Below, one piece after another: positions 1 through 9,700 of a stretch of DNA of 32,000 nucleotides. The notes under the pieces were generated by a model, which saw only the letters and a list, made by a program, of their open reading frames with translations, was not told where the DNA came from and did no database searches. The DNA is taken from positions 1,530,001-1,562,000 of the forward strand of contig NC_002677.1 in NCBI RefSeq assembly GCF_000195855.1, read 5' to 3'. The position numbers and the translations under genes are program-made. Position 1 is the stretch's first letter; each line of letters opens with the position of its first letter. This DNA is from Mycobacterium leprae TN (GTDB lineage Bacteria; Actinomycetota; Actinomycetes; Mycobacteriales; Mycobacteriaceae).

Positions 1-250
1 GGGGCGCCGAAGACGTCGCCGACGAACCGCGAGTAATCGCTCCAGTTCATCCCGAACGGAAATTCTTGGACGATCCCGGTTGCCACACCAATGACGAAGT
101 TGATCAGGAACAGCTTGCCGAAGAATTCGGTTTAGTCGATACCACGTGGTGCTACCGAACTGTCACCGCGAAATACCGACGACGTTCATCGGCCATCTCC
201 CGAGTCTACGGGGCCTGTTAGCTTGCTACGATGTAGTGTAGTAGGTGGCG
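1..250 (-). pseudogene. cydA: cydA (cytochrome bd oxidase subunit I) pseudogene fragment, continues beyond window start
   Basis: The reverse complement reads WYRLNR (frameshift) [41 protein letters not shown]. This matches the conserved CydA N-terminal region with a frame change around 125-135. Confidence 0.8.
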
Positions 251-289
251 TCGTTCGGCGCTACTGGCAATTTCACGTGGACTCGACGG

Positions 290-1420
290 CTCAAACGTGG
301 GCTGTGCGTGATTCCTCGGCAAACAGGTCGCTGGAATCTTCGATGAATTTGCGGCTGATGAGATACCACATGCGCATGGTGCTTTATCCTTTATGATCTT
401 GAGGCGACCGCCCTTTTCCTCCCTGAGGCACTGGTAAACCGTCTCGGGCACTTGAATGTGTTCCTACCGAGTTGGTGGATTCCATTCTGGATGCGATGTT
501 GACCGCGTCGCCCACACGTCGTAGAAGAACCACCGAGACCTCGTCACACCGGTGATGACCTGGCCGTCGGCCAATCCAATCCGCATTGGCATTGCGAGGC
601 TGTGCGGATCCTCCAGTTCGGCTGCAACATCAGCCATATCGATGGCAAAGTCCGCAAGCGCTTGTACATGGTCGGGACGTGGCCGTGGAACTCCGTTGAC
701 CACTGTGGTACATTTTAAAGTCACCGCTGACTTTGATTTTCTCCAGGCAGTGCTTATCCACCAGCGCATCGAAAGCGCTGTATAGCTGGCCCAGCAACCG
801 CACCAGACCGGCCGGTCTGGTTTCCTTCGCGTGCAATGCTTAGTGAAGCTAACGATGTTGGAACACAGGACTGAGGCATCGTCGTATTTAATCGGCGATG
901 ACGGTTTGGTTGGGCTATTTGAGCCGCTTGGTTATGCTGGCCGGCAGCATGTTGGCTAACAAGGCTTCGGAGCAGTCTTATCGGGTTTCCATCACCACCT
1001 CGGCGCGCAGTGTCTCGTAAGGTGAACCACACTGTAGCGACCGCCATAACGCACGACGAGACTGTGGTGAGGACAAACCTATCGACTGGGCCCAGTCCTG
1101 GCTGTAGCTCGGTGTTACGCGGAACCAGGCATTCCAGCGCGATGACAAGCCCGGCACCAGTGTGGGCCGCTAGTGCCAACCGGCACACACACACACACAC
1201 GATGCTTCTCAATGCTCAGTAGTACCAACAGATGGGCGCCTACGAGGAAGAAAAATGTAGAGCCCGAACCCGGTGCCCACGTCCCAACAGCTGGCGAAGA
1301 CCGACATATATCGGCTATGTCGATATATGTCAACGCCGCTACTAGATCTGCGAAACGGTGCAGCAGCAGGACAAATTGTTAAGATTATCGTGTTGCTAAC
1401 GTTGATCGAGCTGATCTGCC
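290..1420 (-). pseudogene. cya: Class III adenylate/guanylate cyclase pseudogene (Rv1625c/cya type)
   Basis: Frame-broken pieces read GLVRLLGQLYSAFDALVDKHCLEKIKVSGDFKMYHSG, NGVPRPRPDHVQALADFAIDMADVAAELEDP, MRIGLADGQVITGV..SRWFFYDVW and VPETVYQCL. The upstream (higher-coordinate) ORF has a hydrophobic segment (PGLGPVDRFVLTTVSSCVMAVATVWF) consistent with the membrane domain. Confidence 0.85.
1184..1200. repeat. (CA)n dinucleotide microsatellite, 17 nt
   Basis: Direct read: ccgg-cacacacacacacacac-gatg. Confidence 0.95.
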
Positions 1421-1700
1421 AGGACCATGCTTCGGCTAGAAATTGCACAATCACAAAACTCGCGTTAACCACCTCGACCAGCTAGGTGGTGAGGTACAGG
1501 CATGCGTTGTTGCCACGCCATAGTATCGGCGTAGTGCTGATTGCGTCCGCACGGTTGCGACACAGTCTGGGCGTTGCACTGAAACCGTTTGGTCCTTCCC
1601 GATGGGGCACCATCGGTTATCAACGGCTACGCCTAAAGCCTAGCCGCTGAGCTTAATGTTTACCCAGCGTAAGCGGTGAATTGCCGGCGGCTTCCGATAG

Positions 1701-1774
1701 TGCCCTCGGTGGGATTCGAACCCACACTGGACGGGTTTTGAGTCCGTTTCCTCTGCCAGTTGGGATACGAGGGC
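1701..1774 (-). tRNA. tRNA-Leu(CAA), 74 nt, short variable loop
   Basis: The reverse complement GCCCTCG TATCCCAACTGGCAGAGGAA ACGGA CTCAAAA CCCGT CCAGT GTGGG TTCGAAT CCCAC CGAGGGC A gives a 7-bp acceptor stem, 5-bp T stem with TTCGAAT loop, and anticodon CAA. Confidence 0.9.
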
Positions 1775-1866
1775 TTTACCCGGCTTAACTACCTTAGAGG
1801 AGCCTTCAACGGGTTCACCCTGCCCCCGAGATCGTTAGCCGCTGGCGGCCACGTCAGAATGACGTC

Positions 1867-2484
1867 ATGACCGGACCCACGACCGACGCCGACGCCGCCA
1901 CGCCGCACCGGGTTCTGATTGCTGAAGACGAAGCACTCATACGACTCGACCTGGCCGAGATGCTGCGAGATGAGGGGTACGACATCGTTGGAGAAGCCGC
2001 TGATGGCCAGGAAGCGGTCGAACTGGCAGAACGCCATAAACCCGACCTGGTGATCATGGATGTGAAGATGCCGCGCCGTGATGGGATCGACGCAGCATCG
2101 GAGATAGCCAGCAAACGCATCGCGCCGATCGTGGTGCTGACTGCGTTCAGTCAGCGCGACTTGGTTGAACGCGCACGCGATGCGGGGGCTATGGCCTACT
2201 TGGTTAAGCCTTTCACCATCAGCGATTTGATTCCGGCCATAGCATTGGCGATGAGCCGGTTTAGTGAGCTCACCGCGCTGGAACGCGAAGTCGCGACGCT
2301 GGCTGACCGGCTGGAGACCCGTAAGCTTGTTGAGCGAGCCAAAGGCCTACTGCAGGTCAAACAGGGCATGACTGAGCCCGAGGCGTTCAAATGGATTCAA
2401 CGTGCCGCCATGGATCGGCGGACCACGATGAAACGGGTGGCTGAAGTTGTCCTGGAAACCCTTGACACTCCCAAAGACACCTAG
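1867..2484 (+). CDS. pdtaR: Two-component response regulator with receiver and ANTAR RNA-binding domain (Rv1626/PdtaR)
   Basis: 205-aa ORF with receiver motifs (VLIAEDEALIRLDLAEML, DLVIMDVKMP, VLTAF, LVKPF) and a C-terminal ANTAR-like segment (LVERAKGLLQVKQGMTEPEAFKWIQRAAMDRRTTMKRVAEVVL). Confidence 0.95.
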   Translation: MTGPTTDADAATPHRVLIAEDEALIRLDLAEMLRDEGYDIVGEAADGQEAVELAERHKPDLVIMDVKMPRRDGIDAASEIASKRIAPIVVLTAFSQRDLVERARDAGAMAYLVKPFTISDLIPAIALAMSRFSELTALEREVATLADRLETRKLVERAKGLLQVKQGMTEPEAFKWIQRAAMDRRTTMKRVAEVVLETLDTPKDT

Positions 2485-2559
2485 GGCCGGGCCGGCAGCA
2501 CGCTTGCGCAGCAAATTGCGAGAGAAAGCCCTTGAGCATGCCACGATTACCGACGAGTC

Positions 2560-3750
2560 ATATACCGAACAAGCTCTGATTGGCGGTGATGTTGATCTTG
2601 GTCTGCTTGACTTGACGGCTGGTGGCTTTTCCACGGAGTTGCTTAGGTTAGCTCGCAGACCTGGGCGATCGCCTGGGCGGGAATGGTCTCGCCGAAGCAC
2701 GCCACCCCCTTCCGACAGGCTGACCGGGATCTTCCCGTCTAGAGTGGTCGCGTCGCTGTGCAACAGCGTATCGGCTTCATCCTTGGCGCACAGACTCCAG
2801 GTGTTCATACCAGTAGAATTCCAATGCGGTGACAAAGTCGTAAGTCTTGGCTAGACTCAGGTGGTTGGGCCCGAGGCCAGCCTAGATATAGGCGGCTTCG
2901 AGAATCTGATCCTTGAACGCTCGGTCTGATGTTGGCGCAACAGCGGTGGAATCCGGTTGTGATGTACGGTAATTCGGGCGGGTGTTGCGGCTAGCGTGGG
3001 GTGACGGTGATAGCGCGCACTGATGTTATCGTTCGTACAGCGAGCTGAGGTATTGGCGGGCTAACTTTGTGCTGGCACTGATCGATCAGTGCCGCTGCGT
3101 CGCCAGAGGTAGCGTAGATATCCAGCAGTTGCAACGTATCGGCCGCCACTGAGCTGGCCAGTACATCGTAGACCAATGTCTCTTTGCAGAATTGGACATT
3201 GGGATTCTGTGGGCAATAACCGGGAATTCTTGACCTTCACCTGCGCGCAATCTTCGAGCGTGGCCCCGTACAGATCCATGCCATCCGCCGCCGCATGAGC
3301 AGCGCGAAATGCACCATTGGTAGCCCCAATGAGATGGAATCGCTGTCAGTTCGGATCGTTGCGGCGCTTGCCTCCTATTGGTGCAAAAAGCCCTTCGGCT
3401 TGGTATCGGCGCTGATGGCCAGTAGCGCCGTTGCAGAAAACAGTCAGGATCTGAGCCAACGCACTTTGCAGTGTCTGCGAACCGCTGGCCGTACGTGGCA
3501 TAGCTCGAACTGGCCGGTACGTCGTTCCAGCCGAGTTTCTGCGCGAACGTGGCGACAGCAACGGAACCCAGATACTCGCTATGGATCGTGTCTGCACCAG
3601 TTACCAGCTGAATCGGCCGCCAGTCTAAATCAATTTCGGCGAGTGTGTCGCAGGCTGCGATTCCCTCGTATTCGGTGAATTCGCTGCTAGACTTTCCCCA
3701 CGGGAGCATGCCGCCGGTGCGGAGGATCTACACTGGTGCCGGCGTGCTTA
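2560..3750 (-). pseudogene. Thiolase/nonspecific lipid-transfer protein pseudogene (Rv1627c-like)
   Basis: Frame-broken minus-strand fragments read GADTIHSEYLGSVAVATFAQKLGWNDVPASSSYATYGQ, VYDVLASSVAADTLQLLDIYATSG.AAALI, GLGPNHLSLAKTYD, LHSDATTLDGKIPVSLS and CFGETIPAQAIAQVCELT. They follow the order of the SCP-x thiolase family. Boundaries are approximate. Confidence 0.7.
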
Positions 3751-4699
3751 TGTTCATGCGATTCTCCATCTGTGGACGATGCGTTAGATACGCATCGTCC
3801 AGCGTACAGCGGCATGGTAGTCAGCTCTATCTCGACACAAACCTTCAGTTCGGCGGTCAGTCTGCCGTCCTCGACCGGCCTTGTTCATACACGATTAGCC
3901 TCTTGCGGGTCAGCTCGACCGCGTCGACAACTCAAAGGATTCACAAGTGTGTCGCTGGGGTAGAGTGGAATTGAGACAGTTATTCTCGCTGGGGTGAAAA
4001 GACACAGGTGCTGCCTTTTTGGGGGCACTTGTTGTCGAGCAAATAGGGGTTTATAGGCATCGTCGGTGGCCAACCAATCCTCGATCGCCTGTGCTCGGTG
4101 GGTGACCTCTGGTATCGGGCTAGTGTACCGAGCTAAACTACAACACTGGAACGTATTGCAATTTTGCGGTGGAGCCGTGCGCACCTGTTCGTCGGTGATG
4201 TGCAATTTTGGGTGGTGGTGTTGTGGTGGGCTGGTGGGGTGTGGGTGGTTGATCTGCGCTAGAAGGTTGCCGTATGTGCCGCCGACGGCCGGATCATCGA
4301 TGCACTGTTCACTAACACGATACTGCTGCACCCGGCGGCATGCCTGCTTGCTGGCTGAGGGCCGGTCAACAAGCCGCCGACACCGATACCAGCGGCAGAA
4401 ATGGTGCAAGGGATAACATCAGGTGCGAATAGTTATACCGTGCACGGGGACGTGCCTGTTCAGGTGCGGCCACATTGACCACGCCGACACCTCAAGGCCA
4501 TGACATGCACACTAAAACGCCCCTACCCCGCGGCGCTAACAACTATCCTCACACTCACGCCTGCATCGATATCGCCTTCAGCACAGCCCAGGTGCCCAGC
4601 CCCTGGCATCATCAACATGTAGACCAAGCAGCATCCACCACCGACATGCTTACGTGCGCCGCGCTAATCGTGTCCACTGCGGCAAAGCACACGAAGCCT

Positions 4700-4960
4700 C
4701 ATCGAAAGCAGGCAGTCAGCCACCCACCAACAAAAACCCCGCAACACAGCAACAAACGATTTAGTCAACACTGTCGAACATGCGAGCGCGTAGTGCGCGC
4801 TTCACCGCGGTACGCTGAGCTTGCGCACCAAGAACAGGTCGAGCGCGGCATCCAGCGTCGAGGGCGATTTCCCAGCTCATCGGAACACCGCCGTGAGCCA
4901 ACCTCAGGACGAGCAAACACCTGCTAGCTGCAGTAGGGACATCAGCTGTTCAGGGAGCAC
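4700..4960 (-). pseudogene. Phosphoribosyltransferase-domain pseudogene fragment
   Basis: The reverse complement reads GGVPMSWEIALDA, a one-base frame change, then DAALDLFLVRKLSVP. This is the typical mid-section of actinobacterial PRTase-domain proteins. Position next to the Rv2141c-like gene would fit Rv2143. Confidence 0.6.
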
Positions 4961-5950
4961 ATGATTAGTTCACGCCGTTCTCGGAAGGTGCACGTCGGTG
5001 TCCAGCGGAGGAAGCCACTCGGTGGTTCAGGGTCGCAACCCAGGCTACGGACCCCTTATCAAGCCGATGTGCGCTCGCAAGGTCGGGTACCGATTAGGCA
5101 AACGCTACGCCCTTATCGCTAACTGCTGTTCGTGGCTGTTGGCAACATCCGACTGTGCCATATCGATGGAATTGTTGTCCGGAGCGGCTTGAAAACCCCG
5201 GATACCTTTATTTAGAAATGGAATTCACGATGGTACTTGATTAATGAAAAACCTTGGAGTTAATATGTTGGATGTACTAGCCTGGCTGATGTAGCGAGTA
5301 GATAGCGGTCGGGTAAAGCAGGCAAGCCAATTGATTCTGGCGAGTCTAGCCTCCGGTCTCAAGAACGGATACGCGTTGGTTCCCGATATCGGGGATTCCA
5401 AGGTGGTGCTGGGGCTGGGAACGTGATACGGGCGATCACATGCTTAGAGGAATGCTTCCTTATTGAGCAGCTGGTACGGAACGAGCAGCATCGACCCTAC
5501 CGATGAACAGTGGCTGGGCAGGTCCAACTTTGCCGCAACTGTCAGGGAGTTAGGAGATCGCCAAAGGGGGTGCGCTGCGGTTGAGAATACCGTTAGCTCT
5601 CCATTTTCGCTGCTTGCTGTGAACACAGGTGATGCGCGGCGGGTGCTGTGGTAAGTTATTCCGAAATTGGTGGCATCACTACGGCGACGAACTGGTGGCG
5701 TTGCTGCAAGATATATTTGGTATTGAACGGTTTTCGGTTAGCTGCCATATAGAGGTTCCGGGGAGTCATGATCGAGAATATTCGCGATATGAGATGGCGC
5801 GCTTCTAGCAACATGTCCTTACAGCATCGCTTGTGCGATTGTCTGGGCCGTCATCTTGGTTGTGGTAGTTGGCGACTGGACGACGTCAACCACCAGAAGC
5901 TCGCTACCGAAACGGCGTTCCGGACGGTAATCTGACTAAATCACACAGTG

Positions 5951-6036
5951 TGTCCGAGGGGGGATTTGAACCCCCACGCCCATTAGTAGGGCACTAGCAC
6001 CTCAAGCTAGCGCGTCTGCCATTCCGCCACTCGGAC
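5951..6036 (-). tRNA. tRNA-Leu(GAG), 86 nt
   Basis: The reverse complement GTCCGAG TGGCGGAATGGCAGACGCGCTAGCTTGAGGTGCTAGTGCCCTACTAATGGGCGTGGGGGTTCAAATCCCCCCTCGGACA has an acceptor stem, long class II variable arm and anticodon loop CTTGAGG. Confidence 0.95.
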
Positions 6037-6148
6037 AAGACCCCAACCAAAGTTGGGCAGCTAAGGCTATCGGATTGGTCCGCGCCGGACCAACCTAGCT
6101 CGGCGCACCGAACCTGTCGAGCGAACCGACAAGCGGCTGCCGCAAGTC

Positions 6149-7552
6149 GTGCAGAAGACGAAGGTGTTGCGCTCGCTCGTCGTGGCGGTGGTAGGAAAGG
6201 TGACTGTGACAGTTGAGACCGACGTCCTAGTCAATCCGAGCGATGATGTGGTAGAGGTTGTCAGCAGGTTGATTCGTTTTGACACCACCAACACCGGTGA
6301 CCCCGAGACCACACGGGGTGAGGCTGAGTGCGCGCAATGGGTAGCCTCCCAGCTAGCTGAGGTTGGCTACCAGCCTGAATATTTGGAATCCGGGGCACCC
6401 GGTCGAGGCAATGTGTTTGCCCGTCTTGCGGGTGAGGATAGTTCGCGCGGCGCCCTGCTTATCCATGGGCATCTCGACGTGGTGCCCGCGGAAACCGCCG
6501 AATGGAGCGTGCACCCATTTTCCGGTGCGGTCGAAGGAGGTCAGGTCTGGGGTCGCGGCGCGATCGACATGAAAGACATGGTGGGCATGATGATTGTGGT
6601 AGCCCGGCAGCTAAAGCAGGCCGGCATCGCGCCACCGCGAGACCTCGTATTCGCATTCGTTGCCGACGAAGAGCATGGTGGCAGTTACGGATCCCAATGG
6701 CTGGTCGATAACAGGCCCGATTTGTTCGACGGCGTCACCGAAGCTATCGGCGAAGTCGGCGGCTTTTCGTTAACTGTGCCGTGCCGCAACGGTGGTGAGC
6801 GTCGGCTCTACCTGATTGAGACGGCCGAGAAGGGCATGCAGTGGATGCGGCTGACCGCACGGGGCAGAGCGGGGCACGGCTCGATGGTGCACAATCAGAA
6901 CGCGGTCACCGCGGTTGCCGAGGCGGTTGCGCGGCTGGGGCGCCATCAGTTTCCGCTCGTGACGACCGATACCGTGGTCCAATTTCTGGCCGCGATCAGC
7001 GAGGAAACTGGCCTCGAATTCGACATTGGGTCGCCCGACTTGGAAGGAGCGATCGAAAAGCTTGGCCCGATGGCTCGCATGTTGAAAGCCGTGCTGTATG
7101 ACACCGCGAACCCGACGGTACTCAAGGCAGGATATAAGGTCAACGTGGTGCCGGCGACTGCGGAAGCTATGGTTGACTGTCGTATACTGCCCGGGCGGCA
7201 GGCGGCATTCGAGGCCGCGATCGATGAATTGATCGGTCCTGATGTGACTCGGGAGTGGATCAAGGACTTGCCCCCGTACGAGACTGCCTTCGACGGGGAT
7301 TTGGTCGATGCAATGAACGCTGCTGTGCTGGCGGTCGACCCCGATGGTCGAACGGTGCCTTATATGGCTTCCGGCGGCACCGATGCGAAAGCTTTCGCGC
7401 GCTTGGGTATTCGCTGCTTCGGCTTTACTCCGCTGCGGTTGCCACCGGAATTGGATTTCACCGCGCTGTTTCACGGTGTCGACGAGCGGGTCTCCATCGA
7501 TGCGCTCAAGTTTGGCATCGATGTGCTGGCGCACTTCCTGACACATTGCTAA
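6149..7552 (+). CDS. M20 family metallopeptidase (DapE/ArgE-like, Rv2141c orthologue)
   Basis: 467-aa ORF with M20 motifs ([41 protein letters not shown]). The true start is probably GTG at 6200 or 6206, just downstream of an AGGAAAGG Shine-Dalgarno-like stretch. Confidence 0.93.
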   Translation: MQKTKVLRSLVVAVVGKVTVTVETDVLVNPSDDVVEVVSRLIRFDTTNTGDPETTRGEAECAQWVASQLAEVGYQPEYLESGAPGRGNVFARLAGEDSSRGALLIHGHLDVVPAETAEWSVHPFSGAVEGGQVWGRGAIDMKDMVGMMIVVARQLKQAGIAPPRDLVFAFVADEEHGGSYGSQWLVDNRPDLFDGVTEAIGEVGGFSLTVPCRNGGERRLYLIETAEKGMQWMRLTARGRAGHGSMVHNQNAVTAVAEAVARLGRHQFPLVTTDTVVQFLAAISEETGLEFDIGSPDLEGAIEKLGPMARMLKAVLYDTANPTVLKAGYKVNVVPATAEAMVDCRILPGRQAAFEAAIDELIGPDVTREWIKDLPPYETAFDGDLVDAMNAAVLAVDPDGRTVPYMASGGTDAKAFARLGIRCFGFTPLRLPPELDFTALFHGVDERVSIDALKFGIDVLAHFLTHC

Positions 7553-7583
7553 TCGCAAAGTATCAATCACGAGAGGATCGCCC

Positions 7584-8114
7584 ATGAGTTTGCCGCCTGA
7601 CCCGTATGCTGCATTGCCCAAGCTGCCGTCGTTTCACCTGACGTCGGATTCGATTACCGACGGCCAACCGTTGGCTACACCGCAGATCAGCGGTATCATG
7701 GGTGCGGGGGGAGCAGATGTCAGCCCTCAACTGAGCTGGTCGGGATTTCCGACCGAGACCTGTAGCTTTGCGGTCACCGTCTACGATCCCGACGCACCGA
7801 CCCTATCTGGATTTTGGCACTGGGCAGTGGCCAATTTGCCTGCAGACGTCACCGAGTTGCCAGCAGGTGTGGGCAATGACGGTGAACTTCCGGCCGGAGC
7901 GTTGACGTTGATCAATGATGCGGGCATGCGCCGTTACATCGGCGCCGCTCCGCCGCCTGGCCACGGTGTGCACCGATATTACGTGGCGGTGCATGCCGTG
8001 CGGGTCCAAAAGCTCAATCTCAGCGAGGACGCAAGTCCGGCTTTTCTGGGATTCAATCTTTTCCAGCATGCAATAGCTCGCGCCGTCATCCACGGCACCT
8101 ACGAACAGCACTAG
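7584..8114 (+). CDS. Phosphatidylethanolamine-binding protein family (YbhB/YbcL, Raf kinase inhibitor-like), Rv2140c orthologue
   Basis: 176-aa ORF with PEBP motifs: [39 protein letters not shown], and [22 protein letters not shown]. Confidence 0.95.
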   Translation: MSLPPDPYAALPKLPSFHLTSDSITDGQPLATPQISGIMGAGGADVSPQLSWSGFPTETCSFAVTVYDPDAPTLSGFWHWAVANLPADVTELPAGVGNDGELPAGALTLINDAGMRRYIGAAPPPGHGVHRYYVAVHAVRVQKLNLSEDASPAFLGFNLFQHAIARAVIHGTYEQH

Positions 8115-8225
8115 CCGGGTCACAGCTGCGGCCGGTCGCGTTTTAAGGATAAATGTTGGACGGTTGTGACATAATCGTATATACGTTCGAACAATCCTAA
8201 GTGTGGCTTTAGATCGCCGTAGGAT

Positions 8226-9700
8226 GTGGTGGCCCGGTTTGATGAGCTGTTCGAGCGACACTATCTGTCGACCACGCCGGAGTCTGCTTCACTGGCGGGT
8301 CTGGTCTGTTCTTTGTTCCGGGCGGAAAACCGGGAGACCGCAGTGCAGCCTGGTCGCTATTGGCGATTTGTTTGTCTATCGGCTGTCGCGCTGCTCGGAC
8401 ACCGAAGAGTGGGTGGTCGACGTAATGTAGGTGGTGACCGCTGAGTGGGTCGCGGCGTTGCGAATTAATTAGCCAGGAGCTGACCTGGAGTCGGCTGCGG
8501 TATGTCTGGGCAATGCGCGATTGGTTGCCGAAGCTGGCGGAAATCTTCACAGCTGGTGACATTGACCTTCCGACATTTTTCGGACGATGGTGTACCGTAC
8601 CTATCGGATCATCGGTCGCGAGGTGTTCGCGGTGGTGAATAAACAGCTGGCTGTCGTCAAGATGCCGCGTTGGTCGTCGATGACTCAGGGGTCGGCTGGC
8701 CGGCCAATCGTGGCTAAGGCCGATGCGGTGTGCGCAGTGTCAGGTCGATCGCGGGATGTGGCTTGAGGATTGCGCAGAGGGTGTCTCGGGGATCCACAGC
8801 AGCCTGTTGACTCTCGACGCGCACGCCTTCGCTAAACGGTTGACCGCGTTGGCGGCCACGATGGATGTGTGAGGGTATGATCTAAGAGGTCCTGAGCAGC
8901 GCTGCTGCGCTGACGTTTGGGCCCGTCGTTGGTGGGGTCCGGTGCTGATCGGCTAGGGTGTTGTTGCGGCCGGCACGACTGTGTGGCTGGGAAGTGACCT
9001 GCCTCAACGTCTGTGGTGATTCATAATGATTGCTGAGCAAGTCATGATCGAGAGCGGCGGCTCGGCGCCGGCGTCCCAATTGGACGCTGATGAGCTTATC
9101 GCACTCGACGTCGTTGCAGCGCTGGTTTATAAGTTGGTCCAAGTTGGTGTCGTTGGTCCACCCGACCGATGCTCCGCCCGAGCCGGGGTATGTGCCGTTG
9201 AGGACGTTGGCAGCTTTTGTGCGCTCTGCCAGTATTTGACGTGTCGTTGGCACAGCTGTTGCCAGCCTGTCTGAACTGCGATCTCAACTACACCATTGCG
9301 TACGCCGATGGCTGGCCAACGCATGGGTTCAACTTGCAGTGCTCTTGCCTGCAACCCACCATCTGGTGAAGACGTTCTGGGGCTGGTGGTGGCCAGTAGA
9401 TGCCCGACGGAAGGACGACTTTGCTCTCGCTATCGGAGAGAACCGACGTCACCGCGTCGGGCAGCGCGCTGCTGTTTCCGAGTTTGTGCCTGTCCACCGG
9501 CCGGTATGCTGGCACCGAAGCCGGTCCTTTACTGAATTTTACTGAGGCAACCAGAGCGCTTTGGTGCCCAACGCCGCCGTATTCGCGGGCAAGACCGGGC
9601 CCATCGCATAGCCACCGAACGCCGACACAACCACACGGCTTGTGTCCGGCGGGCTGAGTGCTCGAGCTACCTCCGACCGGCCCACCCGGAACCGACAATC
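8226..9700 (+). pseudogene. REP13E12-family (DUF222 + HNH) element protein pseudogene
   Basis: Collinear frame-broken fragments read ARFDELFERHYLST..ASLAGLVCSLFRAENRE, LFVYRLSRCSDTEEWVVDVM, the HNH-region CQYLTCRWHSCCQPV, THHLVKTFWGWW, GSALLFPSLC and an LVPNAAVFAGKTGPIA-like tail. All are characteristic of 13E12 repeat proteins. Confidence 0.8.

Noticed and set aside
3086-3709. 207-aa minus-strand ORF as a real gene
   Set aside because: Only part of it matches the thiolase family, and the match continues in other frames. It is a pseudogene segment rather than an intact CDS.
4475-4927. 150-aa plus-strand ORF (MTTPTPQGHDMHTKTPLPRG...)
   Set aside because: Low-complexity, family-less translation antisense to recognisable PRTase fragments. 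Best explained as a chance ORF.
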